DNA from: Prevotella sp.
GTDB lineage: Bacteria > Bacteroidota > Bacteroidia > Bacteroidales > Dysgonomonadaceae
Direction of reading: 5' to 3'
NCBI GenBank assembly: GCA_031285625.1
Contig: JAITVV010000092.1
Span: 32,001-96,000, forward strand
Length of the DNA stretch: 64,000 nt
Shown here: positions 49,611 through 59,872 of the stretch, piece by piece
Position numbering within the stretch: the stretch's first letter is position 1
Layout of the letters: each line of letters starts with the position of its first letter
Position numbers and translations under genes: made by a program
The notes under the pieces: generated by a model
The model's database searches: none
The model's input: the letters and a program-made list of their open reading frames with translations, nothing else
Told to the model about the DNA's origin: nothing

Positions 49611-50534
49611 ATGAAAAAGATATTATTCGGGTTAGCGTTTTTTTGCTTATGCCCGTTTATTTTTGCCCAAACACTCAATGTTGCAACTTATAACGTAAGA
49701 AATGATAACCAAGGTGATGCTAAACAAGGGAATGGATGGATACAGAGATGCCCTGTGATAGCCAATCTTATTACTTATAATGACTTTGATATATGGGGCT
49801 CACAGGAAGTAAAGCATAACCAGTTGCTTGACCTACTCGATGCATTACCACAATATAGCTATGTAGGAGTAGGCAGAGACGACGGAAAAACAGTTGGAGA
49901 ATATGCTCCTATCTTTTTCAAGAAAGATAAATATAAAGTATTGAAATCGGGGCATTTCTGGATGGCTGAGAAAACAGATGAACCGAACAAAGGATGGGAT
50001 GCTGCACTTCCACGGATTTGTACATGGGTACAACTAAAAGAGAAAAAAGGAAAACTTAAATTCTGGTTTTTCAATCTCCATATGGACCATGTCGGTGTGC
50101 TCGCACGTAGAGAAAGCGCTAAACTGGTATTGGAAAAAATAAAAGAAATGTGTGGAAAAGATCCCGTTATTTTAACTGGAGATTTCAATGTAGACCAACA
50201 TCATCAGAGCTATACGCTGCTAAGTACATCCGGTATCCTCACCGATTCGTATGAAAGGGCAGATGTACGCTATGCCCTGAATGGCACATTTAATGCATTT
50301 AAGCCTGACCTGCTGACAAACAGCCGCATAGATCACATATTTGTAAGTCCAAGTTTATATGTTGAACGTTATGGTGTATTGACCGATACCTACCGTACAC
50401 CGCGCGATGGGGAAAATAATATTAAAGCCGGAGACTTTCCTAAAGAATATTCTTTTGAAGGTTGTGATATTCGCCTTCCTTCAGACCATTTTCCTGTATG
50501 TGTAAAACTTGTATACAAGAAGAAGAAAAAATAA
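49611..50534 (+). CDS. Endonuclease/exonuclease/phosphatase family protein (secreted)
   Basis: ATYNVR, GSQE, TGDFN, RIDHIF and SDHFPV. Confidence 0.92.
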   Translation: MKKILFGLAFFCLCPFIFAQTLNVATYNVRNDNQGDAKQGNGWIQRCPVIANLITYNDFDIWGSQEVKHNQLLDLLDALPQYSYVGVGRDDGKTVGEYAPIFFKKDKYKVLKSGHFWMAEKTDEPNKGWDAALPRICTWVQLKEKKGKLKFWFFNLHMDHVGVLARRESAKLVLEKIKEMCGKDPVILTGDFNVDQHHQSYTLLSTSGILTDSYERADVRYALNGTFNAFKPDLLTNSRIDHIFVSPSLYVERYGVLTDTYRTPRDGENNIKAGDFPKEYSFEGCDIRLPSDHFPVCVKLVYKKKKK

Positions 50535-50592
50535 TCAAATCATAAAAATCATTTTTTGAGTGGAAATAATCGTTCTTCGGTTATTTATTTTG

Positions 50593-50600
50593 TAATTTTG
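50593..50600 (+). promoter_or_regulatory. Bacteroidetes -7 element
   Basis: TAATTTTG upstream of the CoA-transferase. Confidence 0.6.
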
Positions 50601-50670
50601 CACCGTGAAAAATAAGGTGTCTAGAAATCAACTTTATACAATATATTAAATCATACTTTTTAAAAAAAAC

Positions 50671-52161
50671 ATGGCTTTAAAATTTATGACTGCTGAAGAG
50701 GCAGCCTCACTAATCAACAACAACAATAATGTTGGATTCAGTGGTTTCACACATGCGGGATGCCCTAAAGTAGTCCCTGGTTTTATTGCAAAACGCGCAG
50801 AAGAAGAACATGCTAAAGGTAATCCGTTTAAGATAAACGTATTTACAGGAGCATCTACCGGTGATAAACTGGATGGCGTATTAACAAGAGCCCACGCAAT
50901 CAATTTCCGCGCTCCTTACCAAACTAACAAGAGCATGCGCGAAGCTATCAACAACGGAGAGGTTAAATTCTGTGATTTGCATCTTTCCACAATGGCTCAG
51001 GATATTCGTTACGGATTTTACGGCGATATTGATGTTGCTGTTATCGAAGCATGTGATGTAACCGAAAGCGGGGAAATCGTTCCTACCTGTGGTGTTGGAA
51101 TCTCGCCTACAGTAGCACGTTTGGCTAAAACAGTAATTGTAGAGCTAAACAGATGGAATCCGAAAGAAATGCGGGGTATGCATGATACATTGGAGCCTCA
51201 GGATCCGACACATCGCAAAGATATGCCTGTATACAATGTAAAAGACAGAGTAGGTTCAGACTGCATAAAAGTTGATCCGAGCAAAATAATAGTTGTAGAA
51301 ACAAACGAACCTAACGAAGGTGGTGGCTTTGCTCCTGTTGATGAAGTAACAGCCAAGATTGGTGAAAATGTAGCTAAATTTTTCGTTCAGGAAATGGCTG
51401 CGGGCCGTATGCCCAAGACGTTTCTGCCTGTTCAGTCGGGTGTAGGTAATATTGCCAATGCTGTACTTGCCGCTATGGGAGACAGTAAAGAAATTCCTGA
51501 TTTTGAAGTTTACACAGAAGTAATTCAGGATGCTGTTATTGGGTTAATGGAATCAGGCCGTGTAAAATTTGCCAGTGGTTGCTCATTAACTGTAAGTAAT
51601 CCATGTATCGAACATATATACCAAAACCTAGACTTCTTTAAAGAAAGAATCGTTCTGCGCCCGTCAGAATATTCAAACAATCCTGAAATTGTCCGTCGTC
51701 TGGGTGTTATCGCTATTAATACGGCTATCGAAGCTGATATCTATGGTAATATCAACTCTACTCATGTAATGGGTACCAAGATGATGAATGGTATTGGAGG
51801 TTCCGGAGATTTTACACGCAGTGCCTATCTTTCAATATTTGTGACTCCTTCTGTTGCTAAAGACGGTAAGATCAGTTCTATCGTTCCATTAGTATCGCAT
51901 GAGGATCATAGTGAGCATTCTGTAAAAATCATTATTTCGGAATACGGTGTAGCTGACCTTCGAGGAAAATGCCCTGAAGACAGAGCTCAGGAAATAATAA
52001 ATAAATGTGCTCATCCTGATTATCGTCCTCTATTGCAGGAATACATAAAAAATGCGCCTAAAGGACAAACACATTTTGATATGTATAATGCATTTGCTTT
52101 CCACAAAGCATTCCAGGAAACAGGCGATATGCACAACGTGAAATGGGAGAAGAGACCATAA
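50671..52161 (+). CDS. Acetyl-CoA hydrolase / succinate CoA-transferase
   Basis: SGFT.AG.PK, QSGVGNIANAV, TEVIQD and MMNGIGGSGDF. Confidence 0.93.
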   Translation: MALKFMTAEEAASLINNNNNVGFSGFTHAGCPKVVPGFIAKRAEEEHAKGNPFKINVFTGASTGDKLDGVLTRAHAINFRAPYQTNKSMREAINNGEVKFCDLHLSTMAQDIRYGFYGDIDVAVIEACDVTESGEIVPTCGVGISPTVARLAKTVIVELNRWNPKEMRGMHDTLEPQDPTHRKDMPVYNVKDRVGSDCIKVDPSKIIVVETNEPNEGGGFAPVDEVTAKIGENVAKFFVQEMAAGRMPKTFLPVQSGVGNIANAVLAAMGDSKEIPDFEVYTEVIQDAVIGLMESGRVKFASGCSLTVSNPCIEHIYQNLDFFKERIVLRPSEYSNNPEIVRRLGVIAINTAIEADIYGNINSTHVMGTKMMNGIGGSGDFTRSAYLSIFVTPSVAKDGKISSIVPLVSHEDHSEHSVKIIISEYGVADLRGKCPEDRAQEIINKCAHPDYRPLLQEYIKNAPKGQTHFDMYNAFAFHKAFQETGDMHNVKWEKRP

Positions 52162-52185
52162 GAAACTAATAATTTACTAAATAAT

Positions 52186-52220
52186 AAAAAGCCTTTCAAT
52201 ATTTGATTGAAAGGCTTTTT
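52186..52220. terminator. Bidirectional terminator
   Basis: aaaaagcctttcaat...attgaaaggcttttt. Confidence 0.88.
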
Positions 52221-52320
52221 ATTTATAATTGAATCGCATTAAACTAAGTTTGAGTATAGTTATAACCTGTCAATACAGTTTTGAATAAATTATAGCTTAT
52301 CAAAAGTAATATTTACAAGT

Positions 52321-53298
52321 TTACCTATATGGAAAGGTTATATTATCCATATTTTTTACGTACTCACGCTGTTTACGAAAAAACTCACTCTGCATCAATT
52401 CATTCGAAGAGGTAATAAGGGTCGAATATTTCATAAGGGATTCTAACCATTTCTTTTGCACAGTACATACTTCCTTATTACTAATAAAAATGGGTGGCAT
52501 GGAAACTACCCAGAAAATACAGACTTCTTTAGTATCATATTGTACATAGATAGTATTGGTATCAATTTCAAGTGATGAAAGATAATAACTGATTTTTCCC
52601 TCTTCATTAAATTTACCATCCTGAACCAATTTCTCAATAATATCAATCATCTTATACAAATCTTCTTTTAGAACAGCCTTTTCCTCATCTGTAATAAGCT
52701 TCCTGATATAATAATATTGAATTTCTTTTATCAAATTTAAAAAGATACTTGGTCCCATTACCGAAATAACATTCCGGCTTGTCTTGATGTCTGATATAAG
52801 TTGTTCCTTTAAAGAAAGAATTTCGGATGGCACTATAACATCTGAATACATCCTGTTAGAAGGGATATCGGCACCCTGATGTAACCATTTGAAATATCTG
52901 AATTTAAAGAGATGGTCACATTTCACGAGAAATATCGGAGGCAGGTGATTCCATGCATTGATCGTTTCTGTATCCCCAGATACGGCTACCTCATTGAGAT
53001 GCTCTTTGACTAACTTCAATATATTTAAAAAAGTATCTGAATATGACGTTGTACTATTTGCTAATAATTCGAAAGAAGCTATCCCACCATCTTCTGAAAT
53101 GAGCTCATCAACAGAAAAACCTAATTCATGGGATAATTTAATTATCTCATCAAAAGAGAAAGAAACCTCCCCCTTCATTCTTCTATACACTGACTCATTG
53201 CTTATATCTAACAAATCTACTAAATATTGAACTGGCTTCAGTTCTTTTGGGATATGATCCAATAATTTTTGAATAATATCACTTTTGGATTGTGGCAT
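52321..53298 (-). CDS. HTH (XRE-like) transcriptional regulator, paralog 3
   Basis: LLDISNESVYRRMKGEVSFSFDEI..L...LGFSVDE HTH, and HLFKFRYFKW. Confidence 0.8.
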   Translation of the reverse strand: MPQSKSDIIQKLLDHIPKELKPVQYLVDLLDISNESVYRRMKGEVSFSFDEIIKLSHELGFSVDELISEDGGIASFELLANSTTSYSDTFLNILKLVKEHLNEVAVSGDTETINAWNHLPPIFLVKCDHLFKFRYFKWLHQGADIPSNRMYSDVIVPSEILSLKEQLISDIKTSRNVISVMGPSIFLNLIKEIQYYYIRKLITDEEKAVLKEDLYKMIDIIEKLVQDGKFNEEGKISYYLSSLEIDTNTIYVQYDTKEVCIFWVVSMPPIFISNKEVCTVQKKWLESLMKYSTLITSSNELMQSEFFRKQREYVKNMDNITFPYR

Positions 53299-53442
53299 AT
53301 TGTATTTTTATTTCCATATATAAACAATCTTTGTTGGGTATAGTTTTCACTCGAAAGCCCTCAATTAGACTACAAAATAATAAAAATCTCTTTTACAGCT
53401 AATTGCCACAAATCTTAAATTACTAAATAATAAGAGATAAGA

Positions 53443-54411
53443 TCAAAAATTACCAAATTTTATATTTTCAATACATTCCCTTTGTCTATCAAAATACTCC
53501 TCTTGTACTATCTCATTTGACTGTGTAATTAATACAGAATATCTTTTTAATGACTCCAACCATTCATGGTGAGCATCACAGATTTCGGGATTAGATATAA
53601 TTATTGTATTAAACTGATGAAAATTAAATGAGGAAATTATATTATCATCCCATTTGAGATAAGTACTATTACCGTCGAGATTAAATTCGGAAAGATAATA
53701 ATAATGCTCGGTTCCTGGATTTGCTTCTCCGGTTCTTACTATTATTTCTATATCATCTATCAAATCATGAAAACTTTTCCTTATACCTTCAAGCTCACTA
53801 TCACTTATCAACCCCAGTTTATAAAAATAATATACTTCCCTTAAAGGACTCTTAAATACATTCATATCCAGAATAAAAGTAATCTTTTTCTGACTCCGTA
53901 CCTTCATATCCAATTCTGCACACAATCTTTGTAGTTCATCTGATATGATTATATCAGAATAATACAACTTTGGTAATTCCTTATATTTCCTATGCATCCA
54001 TGTATAGTAATAAAAGCGGAAAAGCTCTTCAAAATGCAGGCAAAATATTACAGGTAAATAATTCAAAGCCATTGTAATAGTTGAACCCCTACTATTCATC
54101 TGATTATCAACATACTTTGTCAGCTTTTGTATTTTTAAAAGAAATGCATGTTGCGGATCCTTATTAATCTGCAAATTCAGACCTATCATATTAAAACTTT
54201 TATTACCGGCCAATTCATCTATAGAGAATTCTAGTTTTTGCGATAGCTTTACAATTTCTTCAAAAGTAAAAGCCATCTCTCCCCTCAACCGTCTGTATGC
54301 AGATTCTTTGGCAATATCAAGAGTAGCAGAAAGAAAATCTACAGGCTTTATATGTAAAGGTATTTCGCTGATTATCTTATTTATTATTTTTTTCCTAAAA
54401 GCTTCATTCAT
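53443..54411 (-). CDS. HTH (XRE-like) transcriptional regulator, paralog 2
   Basis: LDIAKESAYRRLRGEMAFTFEEI, and LFRFYYYTW. Confidence 0.8.
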   Translation of the reverse strand: MNEAFRKKIINKIISEIPLHIKPVDFLSATLDIAKESAYRRLRGEMAFTFEEIVKLSQKLEFSIDELAGNKSFNMIGLNLQINKDPQHAFLLKIQKLTKYVDNQMNSRGSTITMALNYLPVIFCLHFEELFRFYYYTWMHRKYKELPKLYYSDIIISDELQRLCAELDMKVRSQKKITFILDMNVFKSPLREVYYFYKLGLISDSELEGIRKSFHDLIDDIEIIVRTGEANPGTEHYYYLSEFNLDGNSTYLKWDDNIISSFNFHQFNTIIISNPEICDAHHEWLESLKRYSVLITQSNEIVQEEYFDRQRECIENIKFGNF

Positions 54412-55399
54412 AAGAGAAATTCTTATTTTTAATGTTGTCTACATAGCTTCTTTGCTGATCGAGAAATGCAGTTTGTAACGGTTCGTTACAACCTGTAATC
54501 AGGCTGGAATATTTCTTAAAGGAAACAAGCCAGGCTTTATATGTTTTACAGACTTCCCGATCTTTAGATGCTATATGTGTCCCCGAATATATCCAGAAAT
54601 GGCACTCTTCCTGATCTCCATATCTGGCATACAAGCCTGATGACTCTATCCTGAATGAAGGGATATAGATCTGACTGTTAAAATTAGGTGATTTGATTTT
54701 TTCTTTGACCATTCCCTCCAGCATATCTACAAAACTTGAGAAATCCTGTTGTATTAAAAGTAATTCTTCGTCCGAAATAAGCTTCCGTTTATAATAATAT
54801 TGAACTTCAAGAAGAGTATTTTTTATAAAATTTTGGTCTAATATATATATATTATTTCCCACAAAAACTCCATTTGATTTGATATTATCTCTTAATATTG
54901 ATATTTTTTCGGGTATTTCTATGTCTGACAGCCTAAACTTAAGCGGCATTAAATGAAATTGTTGCACCCATTTATAATAATAAAATCTGAATAAATGGTC
55001 GAGATGTATTGTGGAGAAAATCATCAGATGGTTTACTGCAATTATTACTTCAGTTTCCTTATAAACCAAGTTTGCCAGGCTATTATCATACATTGAAAAA
55101 ATTTCAAAGAATAATTGCTCCGGATCAAATATACTATTACTTCTATACTCAAATAAAGACAGTTTTGAATTCAAGTTCTTTTCTTTTGAAGAGTGTATAA
55201 TCTCATCCAGCGAAATTGATAAGTCTGTTGCTAATATATAAATATCTTGTAATGTAAATGGAACTTCATCTCTAATCCTACGATAAATAGATTCTTTACT
55301 CAAATTTAATGCACTAGCAAGGTAGTTAATTGGGCTTATATAAGGAGGAATCTTAGATAATACTGTATCTATTATCATTTTATTGAATAAGTGTGTCAT
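54404..55399 (-). CDS. HTH (XRE-like) transcriptional regulator, paralog 1
   Basis: LNLSKESIYRRIRDEVPFTLQDI, and HLFRFYYYKW. Confidence 0.8.
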   Translation of the reverse strand: MTHLFNKMIIDTVLSKIPPYISPINYLASALNLSKESIYRRIRDEVPFTLQDIYILATDLSISLDEIIHSSKEKNLNSKLSLFEYRSNSIFDPEQLFFEIFSMYDNSLANLVYKETEVIIAVNHLMIFSTIHLDHLFRFYYYKWVQQFHLMPLKFRLSDIEIPEKISILRDNIKSNGVFVGNNIYILDQNFIKNTLLEVQYYYKRKLISDEELLLIQQDFSSFVDMLEGMVKEKIKSPNFNSQIYIPSFRIESSGLYARYGDQEECHFWIYSGTHIASKDREVCKTYKAWLVSFKKYSSLITGCNEPLQTAFLDQQRSYVDNIKNKNFSYE

Positions 55400-55423
55400 T
55401 AGTTTTTGCTTTTGTCTTAGTCA

Positions 55424-55431
55424 CAAAACTA
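55424..55431 (-). promoter_or_regulatory. Bacteroidetes -7 element for the regulator trio
   Basis: TAGTTTTG on the minus strand, 25 nt upstream of the ATG. Confidence 0.55.
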
Positions 55432-55989
55432 CTTATTAATTTTATATATTAAGAAAAAGTAGATAATGTGCTAATTCACAACAAATTCACGAGTCCACAC
55501 TCAACTTTTCAAAGAAATAAACCAACTAATTTGAAAAAAAAACTTTTTTTTTAAAGAATAATGAAAAAATATTGTGGGCATAAAAGCAACATTTCAATTT
55601 TTTGAAAAATAAAATTTATATTATGTCAGATTATTGAAACAAATATTTTCATCTGTCATTTTTTATATCTAATTCCTAATTTATTAGTAGTTATTTTGCT
55701 TCACGAAATGATAAGGTATTATAATAAGCAAACATTTTAATAGTAAAGATAGTTCACAAATATTTATCCTATTTAAACTTTAACACCCTTTTATTGAAGA
55801 CAACAGGAGGCTAAAGGTAAAACTTGAATAATATCCACAAAACTTCAACAATAGTACAAGCTATATTCCAATTTCAAGTAATATACATAGTGAAGTATAA
55901 TGGGAATAAAGAAGACAATTCCAGTTAGGACTACTATTATTTTGACCAATTAATTTTTATTTTTTATTAAACATAAGTATATATAAATG

Positions 55990-56104
55990 AATTCAATGTC
56001 TCAAAGATATGGCGTATCAAAAGTTGTCTTCAATTGTCTGTCTTAAATGTCTCAAATTGTTGCTTGCGAAAGTAATAAAGAGGATATCTGAGAGGCATTG
56101 AATT
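55990..56104. repeat. 21-bp imperfect inverted repeat enclosing TGTCT(C/T) direct repeats
   Basis: aattcaatgtctcaaagatat (55990-56010) matches the reverse complement of 56084-56104 at 18/21 positions. Confidence 0.7.
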
Positions 56105-56167
56105 ATTTTAAACGGAAAAGAATAAAGCAAAAACATTATCCAAGGCAAACTAATAAATTAATTAATT

Positions 56168-56944
56168 ATGATCACAAAACTTGCAACCTTTTTATCAATT
56201 ACACTGTTAACGATAGGAGTTACAGGACTAAGAGCCCAAGTTACAATTGGTTCTGATCTTGAGCCTGTAAATGCAGCATTACTTGAGCTAAAGAACTTCG
56301 ATGCAACCAATCCGGCAAAAACAACTGACAATGAAAATATTACTTCCGATAAGGGTGGCTTATTATTACCCCGTGTAATACTTGTCAACCGGAAAACTCT
56401 CGAACCTTTTATTAAAACAACAGACCCTTTATGGGTTGATGCTTCCACTTCCAAAATAAAAGAAAAGCATACAGGGCTCACTGTATATAACATAAACGAA
56501 TCGCCCGAAACAGTCACCGAATTGAATAATATATTCCATCAGGGAGTGTATCTGTGGGATGGTGCAAAATGGGTAACAATGGGAGACTCAAATGTCGGAC
56601 AACGATATTTCAACATGCCTGCATTCAATCTGCCGCTAACAAAAATAACCCAGTCGGGAGATACAAAACCCACATACGACCTCTATGCTGAATATAAGAG
56701 ACAGTTCACCAATGATACCAACAATCCTCTTTTCGAAAGCAATAAAGCTACCCTGCCCGGAATTCCTTCACCGGAATGCGGAAAACTATATGAAGCAGGC
56801 GAACTTGATTATGTAGTCACACACTACGATAAAGATGTACTCACAATAAATGGTATAGATGCCAACGGTGTAATGACTTACGAGGTAAAAAGCCTGGATC
56901 CGGGGCCAAACTCATTTGTAAATATCGTATTCGTTATCAAATAA
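56168..56944 (+). CDS. Secreted hypothetical protein A1 (AQVTIG / GGLLLPRV / WDGAKW family)
   Basis: Signal peptide ending RAQ. Paralog of 59098-59865. Confidence 0.85.
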   Translation: MITKLATFLSITLLTIGVTGLRAQVTIGSDLEPVNAALLELKNFDATNPAKTTDNENITSDKGGLLLPRVILVNRKTLEPFIKTTDPLWVDASTSKIKEKHTGLTVYNINESPETVTELNNIFHQGVYLWDGAKWVTMGDSNVGQRYFNMPAFNLPLTKITQSGDTKPTYDLYAEYKRQFTNDTNNPLFESNKATLPGIPSPECGKLYEAGELDYVVTHYDKDVLTINGIDANGVMTYEVKSLDPGPNSFVNIVFVIK

Positions 56945-56961
56945 TTAATTGAATAAAAAGC

Positions 56962-59070
56962 ATGAAAAAAATATACATACTAGTTTTCTTATTAATGTAT
57001 GTAAGCATTACACTGTTTGCACAGAAAGAAGCTTATACATGGGCCTTTGGGAATAAGGCAGGACTGGATTTTAATAATCTTCGTTCAGCACCGTTTTCCG
57101 CTACACGCCTTTATCCCTCTGCCGGAACGGTATCCATCCCTAATCTACCAACGGCTATCACAACAAATATCACAACATATGAGGGTTGCTTTGCCCTGTC
57201 AAATGCCGTTACAGGACAGCTAATGTTCTATTCGGACGGAGTAAATGTATTTAGAAGTAACGGATCAATTATGAGTAACGGTACAGGACTGGCCGGACAT
57301 GTATCCTCTACCCAATCCGGTGTTTTGATGCCATTTCCCGGAAATTCAAATAAATATATAGCGTTATCTATCAATTTAATTGCTGCATCAACACAAGTAG
57401 CCTATTCAGTAATTGACATGAGCGATGGAATAGGCAAAGTACTGGACGAAAGCCCTTTCTTAAAAAACACACGACTAACAGGACATCAGGGTATTTTAGG
57501 AGAAAGTGTAAATACTATCCAACACGGAAATAAAAATGACTTCTGGATAATAGCCCCCGGATCGGGAACCAACTCAGCATTTAATGCATGGAAGGTAACC
57601 AAAGAGGGGGTACAAGCATCTACTCCTGTTGTTTCATTATTCCCGGCAGGAGCACTGGAAGCGAGCAGAAATACATATATAAAATTCTCTCCTGACGGAA
57701 AGCATTTCGTATGGTGTAATAATTTCAACTCAACTCCATTCTGGTTTGGGGATTTCGATAATATGACTGGTGAATTTTCCAATATACAGATGGGTATTTC
57801 AAGAAATCAATCAGGAGGAACAATATTGGGTTCATATAGTGCAGAATTTTCTCAGTCAGGCAAATACTTATATGTATCTACAGGGAGTGGGTTAAATGTT
57901 TATGATTATGCTGCCCTGGCTGCTAACCCAAGTACTTATACAGCTACAGTTTACACTATGAATGGAGGTGATGCTACAAGCACAACACAAAACTCTTTAG
58001 CATTAGGGTCCCTGCAATTAGGACCTGACGGGTATATATATGCAACATACTATGATAGGATGAAATCACCTAATGATGATTTAGCAAATTTAACTAATGG
58101 TAGCAGGCGCTATATGATATTGATAACCAATCCGGAAAACCCCACAAACTTAAATATTTACAGGCTCGACAACTTCCTCAATGCCGGTACCGGAGGCCAT
58201 GTTGGTATCACTTCATTTTCTCCTTCATGGTTTACACTTGAGATAAATGGAGAAGCCTCTATCTGTACAAATCCGGCAAGCAATATTACAGAAAGTTATT
58301 CTATCAACCTGGCCGGGACAAGTGCTTCAAGACCGACAGAGCTTCGCTGGTATTTCGATGCTGACAACTCCTCTTCATACACTTCACAGACAGTAAACTC
58401 TACTGATATGACATTAAGTATGGCCGGAAGTTTTCCACCTGTATCTTCTGTTACTACACGCAAAATAGTAGTAAAAGCATATAACGGTTCTACAGAGTTA
58501 GCAGACCTGGAACAATCCCTTACAATTACCTTGTATCCCGCTGCGTCAGTCAGCGCTTCCGATGTCTCTGTCACTTCTGGCAGTACAGCTACATTAACAG
58601 CCACAGCCAGTACCGGAGCTACCATAAGCTGGTATGATTCTGCCACAGGTGGCACCCTGTTGGGTACAGGTGCTACCTATACGACCGGAGCAATCAGCAG
58701 CGAAAGGTCATTCTATGTAGAGGCTGCAAATCCTGCATGTTCATCAGGAAGGCAAGAAGTAAAGGTTACGATCAGAATAGCACAACCAACAATTGATGTT
58801 TCTGATCCGGCTACTATCTGTGCAGGCAGCACAGCCACACTAATAGCTACAGTCAGTGCCGGAGCCAATGCCTACTGGTTCTTAACGCCAACCGGTGATT
58901 CTCCTGTAATGATAGGCACATCGGTGACTACTCCTGTCCTCGATTATACGACTACATACTATGTAGAAGCACAGAATTCAGGAAATGTGCCATCGGAACG
59001 CAAAGCAGTAAAAGTTGTAGTAAACCCGTGTACACTTCCGGTAAACCCGAATATACACCTCATTAATTAA
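56962..59070 (+). CDS. Secreted adhesin-like protein B1: beta-propeller, PKD-like domain, two Ig-like repeats and a CTLPVNP tail
   Basis: Signal peptide (FAQ), WAFGNKAGLDF, KFSPDGK, EFSQSGKYLY, LQLGPDG and two TATL.AT...W...TG...G...TT.....YVEA repeats. Confidence 0.85.
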   Translation: MKKIYILVFLLMYVSITLFAQKEAYTWAFGNKAGLDFNNLRSAPFSATRLYPSAGTVSIPNLPTAITTNITTYEGCFALSNAVTGQLMFYSDGVNVFRSNGSIMSNGTGLAGHVSSTQSGVLMPFPGNSNKYIALSINLIAASTQVAYSVIDMSDGIGKVLDESPFLKNTRLTGHQGILGESVNTIQHGNKNDFWIIAPGSGTNSAFNAWKVTKEGVQASTPVVSLFPAGALEASRNTYIKFSPDGKHFVWCNNFNSTPFWFGDFDNMTGEFSNIQMGISRNQSGGTILGSYSAEFSQSGKYLYVSTGSGLNVYDYAALAANPSTYTATVYTMNGGDATSTTQNSLALGSLQLGPDGYIYATYYDRMKSPNDDLANLTNGSRRYMILITNPENPTNLNIYRLDNFLNAGTGGHVGITSFSPSWFTLEINGEASICTNPASNITESYSINLAGTSASRPTELRWYFDADNSSSYTSQTVNSTDMTLSMAGSFPPVSSVTTRKIVVKAYNGSTELADLEQSLTITLYPAASVSASDVSVTSGSTATLTATASTGATISWYDSATGGTLLGTGATYTTGAISSERSFYVEAANPACSSGRQEVKVTIRIAQPTIDVSDPATICAGSTATLIATVSAGANAYWFLTPTGDSPVMIGTSVTTPVLDYTTTYYVEAQNSGNVPSERKAVKVVVNPCTLPVNPNIHLIN

Positions 59071-59097
59071 CAGAACAATACCTAAACATATTAAATT

Positions 59098-59865
59098 ATG
59101 AAAAATTTAAAACTGAAAATCAAAACTACATTTACATTATTGGCTATCATTGCATGTTCTTATCAGGCACATGCACAAGTAACTGTAGGTTCAAATAATC
59201 CCCCTGCAAAAGCGGCATTACTTGAAATAAAAAATATAGAACCAAATGATCCGGCCTCACCTACCGATGCTAATAATATCACAGTAAATGATAAAGGCGG
59301 AGGACTGGGACTACCCCGGGTCAAGCTTGTAAATATAAATACATTGCAGCCATTCATTCCTACCGGAACAGACTGGACAAATAATACGGACAAAGTAAAG
59401 GAAAAACATGCCGGACTAATGGTGTATAATATATATGTATCACCAGATGGAGAAGATGCAGATAAAACTTTCTCACAGGGAATATATGTATGGGATGGAG
59501 CAAAATGGAAAAAAATGATGGATGGTACAGCACAGCGTTATTTTTACATGCCATCGTTTACCATCAAGCTTGTTGAGAATAATAATCCCCAAACGTGTGA
59601 TTTGTATGCCGAATATAAAAAACAGTTCACAAACGACAGCAACAATCCGTTGTTTGTAAGCAGCAATGCAAGTCTTACCAGAATACCATCTCCGGAAAAA
59701 CAGCGGTTATATGCAAAAGATGAACTTGACTATGCCATTACTTACTATGATACGAATATCATTAATAATGTAAGCATAGATGAAGACGGTGTCATGACCT
59801 ACGATGTAGTATCTGTGAATACAAATTCCAATTCGTTTGTAAATATTGTATTCATTGTAAAGTGA
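59098..59865 (+). CDS. Secreted hypothetical protein A2 (paralog of A1)
   Basis: AQVTVGS, ALLEIK, GLGLPRV, HAGLMVYN, WDGAKW, YFYMPSF and FVNIVFIVK. Confidence 0.85.
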   Translation: MKNLKLKIKTTFTLLAIIACSYQAHAQVTVGSNNPPAKAALLEIKNIEPNDPASPTDANNITVNDKGGGLGLPRVKLVNINTLQPFIPTGTDWTNNTDKVKEKHAGLMVYNIYVSPDGEDADKTFSQGIYVWDGAKWKKMMDGTAQRYFYMPSFTIKLVENNNPQTCDLYAEYKKQFTNDSNNPLFVSSNASLTRIPSPEKQRLYAKDELDYAITYYDTNIINNVSIDEDGVMTYDVVSVNTNSNSFVNIVFIVK

Positions 59866-59872
59866 TAAAAAT

